Positions 57,970 through 64,000 of a DNA stretch of 64,000 nt are shown piece by piece. Numbering within the stretch: position 1 is the first letter of the stretch; each line of letters begins with the position of its first letter. Under the pieces are notes generated by a model. The model saw nothing but the letters and a program-made list of their open reading frames with translations. It did no database searches and was not told the origin of the DNA. This DNA is from a virus. The stretch lies in IMG/VR virus record IMGVR_UViG_3300036761_003567, positions 43,224 to 107,223 of that record; one strand, 5' to 3'. Both the position numbers and the translations under genes were made by a program.

Positions 57970-58161
57970 ATGCACACGATCACGCTAATCATCGACAACA
58001 AGGGCGGCCTCAAGATCTCGGTCGACGGGCTCAAGGGCACCGCCTGCAAGGACGCGACCAAGACGCTGGAGAACGCGCTGGGCACGGTCAAGGACGACCA
58101 GAAGACCAGCGAGTTCTACCAGCAGCCGCAGGCCAACAACCAGCAGAAACTGGGACACTGA
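57970..58161 (+). CDS. DUF2997-like protein
   Basis: I.IIDNKG...V.G.KG.AC...T..LENALG......EFY. Confidence 0.8.
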   Translation: MHTITLIIDNKGGLKISVDGLKGTACKDATKTLENALGTVKDDQKTSEFYQQPQANNQQKLGH

Positions 58162-58733
58162 TGACAAACAAGATCCTGAATCCCAAGCGGAAGGTCCTGG
58201 ACGAACGGCTCCTCCGCCTCGTCTGGCTCGTCGCAGGAAAACCCGGAGAGGAATGGGCGGATGGGCCGGTACAGGTTCCCGATGGCGGAGGCTTGCCAGA
58301 GCTGGAATTCAACCCTGCGGTGGCGGAGGCCCTGCAGATCATCGAAACTCTCGACATCGAGACGTGCGCATCAAGGCCATGGCTGTACGCGGACCAACAG
58401 ATCGGCTCCAATTGCCTGACACCGCATGAAGCCGCCGCCCGCGAGATCAAGGCGCTTGTCGCTCCCGTCCACCGAGACGGCGAATGGGACGTTGCCGACA
58501 TCAGGGAGATCCTGACCCGGCACTTCACACCCGAGACGCCGTGCGTTCCACAAGTGGAGAAGAAATTCCACGTCGAGCTAGTGCTGACCGGCGGCACGAA
58601 GGCCGTATGCCTCAAGGCCCAGTCCTGCGCGGACGCCGAGACGAAGGCCATGAAACAGGCAGGCGAGCAGATCGAGGCACTGGGCTTCCAAGGCGTCGAC
58701 ATCGAGATCGTGTCCGTGGAGGAGGGACGGTGA
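58161..58733 (+). CDS. hypothetical protein
   Basis: Start overlaps the DUF2997 stop; real part of the 512-aa ORF in the track. Confidence 0.55.
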   Translation: MTNKILNPKRKVLDERLLRLVWLVAGKPGEEWADGPVQVPDGGGLPELEFNPAVAEALQIIETLDIETCASRPWLYADQQIGSNCLTPHEAAAREIKALVAPVHRDGEWDVADIREILTRHFTPETPCVPQVEKKFHVELVLTGGTKAVCLKAQSCADAETKAMKQAGEQIEALGFQGVDIEIVSVEEGR

Positions 58734-59311
58734 AGACCACGGTATTCATGGTCCGGCACAAGCCATCCAAGCGCTGGCTTCCCAAGACGGCCGACGTCGG
58801 GTGCCAGGACGCATCTGGGTGGGTGTCCGACCTCTGGGACGCCAGACAATACAAGGGTGAGGAGTCGGCTCGTGCAGCCATCTTTGCCGCAGGCGCCACT
58901 CCATACGGGATTCAGGCTTACCGTCTCACTTGGGAGCAAAAGAAGGCCAAGCGCCAGGCCTACGTGGACCTGTGCGAGGTCGTGAAGGTGGATGTGAATT
59001 TCACCCTTACTTCGATGCCGTCGCGGTCAGCCCCGTTCGGTCAGGTGGGTGGCCGCGTATTGGAGGCCTAATGAGCGACGAAAAGCACGTCATCTGCCCG
59101 TTCGAGGACTGCCATGCCAGCGGCGCCTACATCACCGTCCACATCGAAGCCGAGGACGTGACGGGCTCCGGCATCCAGCATACGGCCCTCTGCGGCCTGT
59201 GCAACAGGACCTTCGACATCACCGAGGACGAGTACGACCGGCACGTCGACCAGATAGAGCACGCCCTGGCGCACGCAGGCTCCGTTCCCCACGTCCATTA
59301 GGAAGGAGACC

Positions 59312-59599
59312 ATGAGCTTCGTGATCGTGGAGTACCAGATCAACAGGAGCGGTTCAGCCATCCTCAGCGACCTGGACAAGCCGCCGACCTTCTTCGTCGG
59401 CTATGGCACCAAACAGGAAGCCGAGTCCGCGCTCAAGAACCTCGGCGCGAAGTGGAGCGATTGCTCATACGTTCTGACCTCAGACGATCGCCCAGGCGAT
59501 GCCAACATGTGGTGCGTCGGCGAGTCGGAAGACGAGGACAAGGACAGCCGCCGCAAGTTCGAGATCTTCGAAGCCAAGGACAAGAGCGAATTGCGTTAG
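59312..59599 (+). CDS. hypothetical protein
   Basis: AAGGAG SD. Confidence 0.6.
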   Translation: MSFVIVEYQINRSGSAILSDLDKPPTFFVGYGTKQEAESALKNLGAKWSDCSYVLTSDDRPGDANMWCVGESEDEDKDSRRKFEIFEAKDKSELR

Positions 59600-59620
59600 T
59601 TCCCTTTACAGGAGGTTCGC

Positions 59621-61168
59621 ATGTTTGACAGCTACATCAAGGCCCGCTATCCGGTGCTGATGGTCGTGAGCCCCGAGGAGGCGCGCGTCGAGCTGGAGCT
59701 CGCCAACACGCTGAAGGAGCTCAAGTGGAAGGTGGTCGTGTGGAGCCACACGGACGGCTTCATCGACGCCAACGGCAAGACCATCGACGAGGTTGACGAC
59801 CCGGTCGCCGCCCTCGCGAAGATCCGCGGCGCCGAGAGCACGACCACGTTCGGCGAGAAGGTGGTGTTCCTGTTCCGCGACCTGCACCCGTTCTTCCAGG
59901 TGCCCAAGATCGCGCGGCTCATCCGGGACATCGCCCGCGAGTTCAAGACGGCCAAGAAGACGCTCATCATGATCAGCCCGCTCAACGAGCTGCCCGTCGG
60001 GCTGCAGCGCGACGTGACGCTCCTGGAGTTCGGCCTCCCCGAGAGGGCGATCATCGGCACCATGATCGACCGGTTCGTGACGGAGAACAAGACCGTCGTG
60101 GGGGACGTCGCGAAGGACGAGGTCTTCGCCATCGTGGAGGCCTGCATGGGCCTGACCACGGTCGAGGCGGAGAACGCCATGGCCAAGGGCGTGGTGGACT
60201 GGAAGAAGTCCACCAAGGACGACCCGAAGTCCAAGACGCAGATCTCCACGCTGGTCATGTCCGAGAAGGCCAACGCCATCAAGAAGTCGGGCGTGCTGGA
60301 GTGGTACCCCGCCAAGCAGGGGATGGACGACATCGGCGGGCTGGTGGTGCTCAAGGAGTGGCTGAGCATCAGGAAGCTGGCGTTCACCGAGGAGGCCCGC
60401 AAGTACGGCCTCCCCGCCCCGCGTGGCGTGATGCTCACGGGCATCCCGGGAACGGGCAAGTCCCTGGCGGCGAAGGCGTGCGCCGCCAACTTCGGGGTCC
60501 CGCTCATCAAGTTCGACGTGGGACGCGTCTTCGGCGGGCTGGTCGGCCAGAGCGAGGCGAACATGCGGGTCGCCATCCAGACGGCAGAGGCCGTGGGCCG
60601 CTGCGTGTTGTGGGTGGACGAGATCGAGAAGGCCTTCGCTGGGATGTCCAGCTCGGGCCAGACGGACTCCGGGGTGAGCGCCCGCGTCTTCGGGTCGTTC
60701 ATCACCTGGATGCAGGAGAAGACCGCGCCGGTCTTCATCGTGGCGACGTGCAACAAGATCGACGGGCTCCCGCCTGAGCTGCTCAGGAAGGGGCGCTTCG
60801 ATGAGATCTTCTACGTCGACCTCCCGGACGAGAAGGAGCGGGAGGAGATTCTCAAGATCCACATCACCAAGCGGGGCCGCGATCCCAAGAAGTTCGACGC
60901 CCAGGGCCTCAAGGAGTGCGCCTCCAACAGCGAGGGGTACTCGGGGGCGGAGCTGGAGGAGGCCGTGATCTCGGGCCTCTACACCGGCTTCTACCGCAAG
61001 GAGGAGCTGAACGACATGCACATCCTGTCCGCCATCCTGCGGACCGTGCCCCTCTCCCGGTCCCGGAGGGGCGACCTGGAGTCGATGAAGAAGTGGGCCA
61101 GCGACTTCGCCCAGAACGCGAACCACCGCAAGGAAGAGGAGCAGAAGTCCCGCAAGGTGGACGCGTAA
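59621..61168 (+). CDS. Ycf46-like AAA+ ATPase
   Basis: N-terminal degenerate AAA (EEAR, W...G, DLH.F), IGGL..LKEW, GIPGTGKS, WVDEIEK, LPPELLRKGRFDEIFYVDLP. Confidence 0.9.
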   Translation: MFDSYIKARYPVLMVVSPEEARVELELANTLKELKWKVVVWSHTDGFIDANGKTIDEVDDPVAALAKIRGAESTTTFGEKVVFLFRDLHPFFQVPKIARLIRDIAREFKTAKKTLIMISPLNELPVGLQRDVTLLEFGLPERAIIGTMIDRFVTENKTVVGDVAKDEVFAIVEACMGLTTVEAENAMAKGVVDWKKSTKDDPKSKTQISTLVMSEKANAIKKSGVLEWYPAKQGMDDIGGLVVLKEWLSIRKLAFTEEARKYGLPAPRGVMLTGIPGTGKSLAAKACAANFGVPLIKFDVGRVFGGLVGQSEANMRVAIQTAEAVGRCVLWVDEIEKAFAGMSSSGQTDSGVSARVFGSFITWMQEKTAPVFIVATCNKIDGLPPELLRKGRFDEIFYVDLPDEKEREEILKIHITKRGRDPKKFDAQGLKECASNSEGYSGAELEEAVISGLYTGFYRKEELNDMHILSAILRTVPLSRSRRGDLESMKKWASDFAQNANHRKEEEQKSRKVDA

Positions 61169-61175
61169 GCAATCA

Positions 61176-61204
61176 GGCGCGGGGGTCAAACCGGCCCCCG
61201 CGCC
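61176..61204 (+). terminator. GC hairpin after the AAA gene
   Basis: ggcgcggggg / cccccgcgcc. Confidence 0.6.
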
Positions 61205-61679
61205 CTTGGAGGGACCATGAAGAAGGGGAACAGCGTTCCAGTCACGTTCAAGGGAGAAGCTGGCGCAGAGGCCGTCATCCTCTGCAAGGTCTGGTCGGTT
61301 AGAGCGGACGGATTCGAGATCGAAGAGAAGAACACGGTGGGGCATCGTCTCCGATTCGGACCGAGCGGCGTCTGTCTGAATTCGGATACGCCGTATGGTT
61401 CGATTTCCGTGAAGGGAGAGATATGTCTCTGATCCTAGCTCACGCCAAGCCGGAAGCCGTGGCCAAGGCCATGTTCGGATCCGTGGGGATCCGCATCAAG
61501 AAGGGCCGCTTCACCGACATTCCCTACGCGGAATTCGTCGAGCTGGTCGAGTACGTGCTCACCAACGAGGACCTCTTCCCTGCTGATCCGCGACTGGCGC
61601 TGATCAAGAAGTTGCGCAAGGCGAAGGTCGTCCACGGCTTCAATCCGACCGGCCGCAGGATAACGCTCTAGGAGGAACT

Positions 61680-61961
61680 ATGCCCTGCTTTACGAGGGTC
61701 AGCATCGAGGTCAAGGACCAGGCAGCCGCGAAGGCAGCCGCGGAGAAGCTGAAGAAGGACCACGGCTGGGAGTCCAAGATCACCAAGCTCCCGAACGGGA
61801 TGTACAAGGTCGAGCCCAAGGAGCAATATGCCGGGTTCGAGAAGCTGTTCAAGAACGAGTACGCCGCATCCCTCGCCACCGCGAAGGCGAAGCAGGCGGG
61901 GTACACCGTCGTCCGCATGAACAACGGGAACGAGATCCAGCTCACCCTGAGGCAATACTAG
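61680..61961 (+). CDS. second, shorter DUF1257-like protein
   Basis: F.....VKD..A...A...Y.......AK..GY.V. Confidence 0.5.
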   Translation: MPCFTRVSIEVKDQAAAKAAAEKLKKDHGWESKITKLPNGMYKVEPKEQYAGFEKLFKNEYAASLATAKAKQAGYTVVRMNNGNEIQLTLRQY

Positions 61962-61969
61962 GAGGATCC

Positions 61970-62158
61970 ATGAAGGAAGTTATCATCAAGATCAACGACG
62001 GCCAATGCAAGATCCATGCGGAAGGGGCCAACGGTCAGGGTACGGCCTCCTTCACCGAGGATCTGGCCAAGAGCCTGGGCAAGATCGAGGAGCGGCACAA
62101 GGGGATGGACCATGTGGTCCAGGCCAACAAGAACCAGGTCAAGCAGGGGAACGGATGA
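61970..62158 (+). CDS. second DUF2997-like protein
   Basis: EVIIKI.DG...I.AEG..G....FTEDL..SLG. Confidence 0.55.
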   Translation: MKEVIIKINDGQCKIHAEGANGQGTASFTEDLAKSLGKIEERHKGMDHVVQANKNQVKQGNG

Positions 62159-62389
62159 TGGTCAACAACCTGAACGGGGGAAAGTTCGTCCGAGTCAACG
62201 GCTTCGACAAGGTCGGCGGCGTCTGCGCCTTCGTCCCATTCGAGGTCATTCGCGCCCTCGGCCTTGCCGTCGAGCAGGGCTGCGACGAGCCGACCCAGCG
62301 GGCGCAGCATGGAGACCTGACAGTCGACTGGATCAGAGAAATGACACAGGCCAGCCAGCAGGTCAAGCAGTGACTGCGTACCAAAGGAG

Positions 62390-63055
62390 TTATCTAGGAA
62401 TAGCCCGGAGCGCCTTAATGAATGCCATCATCTCCTCGTTCGTGTTCTTATTCTTCGCGAGGTTGATGGCCTTGCACACAAGCTGGATGTTCCCAGGCAC
62501 GTAGCCTTTGGTGGAGTCGATCCGGTCTATGGATGCGCCATCAAGCCTGTATCGTTGCATTGTCATGGGAAGACCAGAAAGAGCACATTTGCCTTTTTGG
62601 TCTTCCCAAAGACCACACAGGAAATCCAGACTAACGCCCCACTTGAAGTTACTGCGTCGCCCGTGTGTTCTCCCTCTGCGCGTCTTTGCAAAAAGCCACC
62701 TGCGTGGGGAGCTTTCGTCGTAGGCTTGTATCAAGCCCAGCCGCCAGCGTTCTTTGTTGCGTACCCGGCATTTGGCGAGATAGTGTTGTCTGTAAGCTGC
62801 GTCTTCCTTGTACCGGCGCCTGTTGTACGCGTTGCATTTTTCCCGGTATTTGGGGTCTTTACGCTTACAAACCCAAGCACAAGCATAACACCTAAGACTG
62901 GCTGGGGGGAATTTTTTCTTTGGTTTGGTTACTCCGCAAATCTTGCATGGCTTGCTTTTGCGCGCACGATAGGCCAAGCACTTAAAACAAACTGGATAAT
63001 GCAGGGGAAATTTCGAATTCGGCTTTGGCGTCTTGCACCAGGCGCATTTCTTCAT
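62390..63055 (-). CDS. free-standing HNH-type homing endonuclease
   Basis: QKGKCALSG.PM...SIDRIDSTKGY...NIQLVC..IN; CxxC pairs; AT-richer; CAAATATA motif upstream at 63082-63089. Confidence 0.75.
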   Translation of the reverse strand: MKKCAWCKTPKPNSKFPLHYPVCFKCLAYRARKSKPCKICGVTKPKKKFPPASLRCYACAWVCKRKDPKYREKCNAYNRRRYKEDAAYRQHYLAKCRVRNKERWRLGLIQAYDESSPRRWLFAKTRRGRTHGRRSNFKWGVSLDFLCGLWEDQKGKCALSGLPMTMQRYRLDGASIDRIDSTKGYVPGNIQLVCKAINLAKNKNTNEEMMAFIKALRAIPR

Positions 63056-63111
63056 AGCATTACCCCATGTTGCTTATGTTCTATATTTGACTATCCCAAG
63101 TGGAGGAGCAC

Positions 63112-64000
63112 ATGACTGCTCAGGAGAAACGCGCACAATTCTTCCTCAAGATGAAAGGTCTGGACTGCCCGATCTTGGGGTCGGTTGTGTTCTGGAACGT
63201 GAGGAACGTCTCGATCACCAAGGACGAGTTCACCAAGCTGCTGGAGGAAAGCGGACTCCCGACCAAATACGCTCGCGAACATAATTACCGCAGTGCCTTC
63301 ATCCGCGCCCTGCGCAACCTGGAGGAAGGTCGGATCATCCGGCGGGTCAGCGAGGACGACGACTTCATCGTCTTCCAGTTCACGGCTGAACAGCTGACCG
63401 GCACCTCCGTCGGGTCCGGCGAGCTCAAGTACACGACCGAGACTCGGGTCATCGTGTCCAAGAGCAAGTACTACGAGACGAAGAACTTCGCCGAGGCCCT
63501 CATCTCGGAGATGCCCGGCTACACCGCCAACGCCGCGATCAACAAGCTGGTCCTCGAGCTGTTCGAGAAGGAGAAGGTCCGGTACAACTCGAGCGACATC
63601 ACCCGCTACCTCCAGCGCATCATCGAGGAGGAGGCGGACCTGATCACCCTGCGGGACCAGGGCAACGTCTACTTCGTCCCGGCGCAGTTCAACGGCGTCG
63701 TGGAGAAGGTTTCCACCCTGGTGTCGAAACTCTCCCCGAACACCAACGACGCGCGCTTCGAGTACCTTCCCGTGCCGGATGCCGAGGTCTCCAAGGTGAC
63801 CCTCGGCCGGTCCGTGCTGGAGGAGCTGGAGTCCGTCGTGAAAGGGCTGGCCGAAGAGGTCGAGCAGCTCGACCCCGGGCTCACCGACAAGGGCAAGATC
63901 ACCTGGATGGAAGCCCGGCTCAGGAAGGTCAAGAAGCTCAAGGACCGGATCGAGATGTACGGGGAGATCGTCCCCGACGTGAAGGTCAAGGAGCTCAACG
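63112..64000 (+). CDS. DUF6744/DUF3150-type protein (partial, runs off the window)
   Basis: GGAGG SD; MTAQEKR...LGSVVFW...AFIRA...LRDQGNVYFVP; frame open to the end of the window. Confidence 0.6.
   Translation, partial: MTAQEKRAQFFLKMKGLDCPILGSVVFWNVRNVSITKDEFTKLLEESGLPTKYAREHNYRSAFIRALRNLEEGRIIRRVSEDDDFIVFQFTAEQLTGTSVGSGELKYTTETRVIVSKSKYYETKNFAEALISEMPGYTANAAINKLVLELFEKEKVRYNSSDITRYLQRIIEEEADLITLRDQGNVYFVPAQFNGVVEKVSTLVSKLSPNTNDARFEYLPVPDAEVSKVTLGRSVLEELESVVKGLAEEVEQLDPGLTDKGKITWMEARLRKVKKLKDRIEMYGEIVPDVKVKELN

Noticed and set aside
57195-58160. N-terminal part of the 512-aa ORF
   Set aside because: Off-frame shadow of three better-supported genes; the real start is probably 58161.
59606-61345. 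579-aa antisense ORF (and similar antisense ORFs over recA, ssb and early genes)
   Set aside because: Expected mirror frames of genes with G/C-ending codons; no motifs or start signals.
1-64000. Retron, DGR, integrase, transposon or alternative genetic code
   Set aside because: No reverse transcriptase, recombinase or transposase motifs seen; TAA, TAG and TGA all end genes and conserved genes are uninterrupted.

Overview
This 64-kb window looks like part of a large, GC-rich, T4-like or 'huge' tailed phage genome. No rRNA, tRNA or CRISPR array is supported. About 1-13 kb is a replication/recombination block: FAD oxidoreductase, family-4-like UDG, bacterial-type RecA, DnaB/gp41-like helicase, a minimal family-A polymerase, UvsY-like protein, gp32-like SSB, 5'-3' exonuclease and a PD-(D/E)XK resolvase. 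About 13-38.7 kb is a mixed-strand accessory region with two glycosyltransferases, a double-domain HNH nuclease, HAD, GNAT, dNMP kinase, a ParB cassette, a small alarmone hydrolase and three HTH paralogues. At 38.7-39.2 kb a 16-bp tandem array and a G/C-run tract mark a candidate genome end or origin. After that comes an almost entirely + strand block of small early-type genes ending in a Ycf46 AAA / DUF1257 / DUF2997 module. The most unusual signals are: (i) short ORFs built from spliced fragments of T4-type capsid (including the Gol-equivalent segment), sheath and portal proteins, possibly defence decoys; (ii) two paralogous, highly base-paired 300-500 nt intergenic elements that look like an unannotated ncRNA family; (iii) proteins with an M-[KR]-L-x-x-L-x-E N-terminus behind a CAAAnnTA-N4-ATG motif, possibly head-packaged cargo; (iv) a second motif, GTATTT-N7-start. 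All family assignments come from motif recognition by eye, not database searches.
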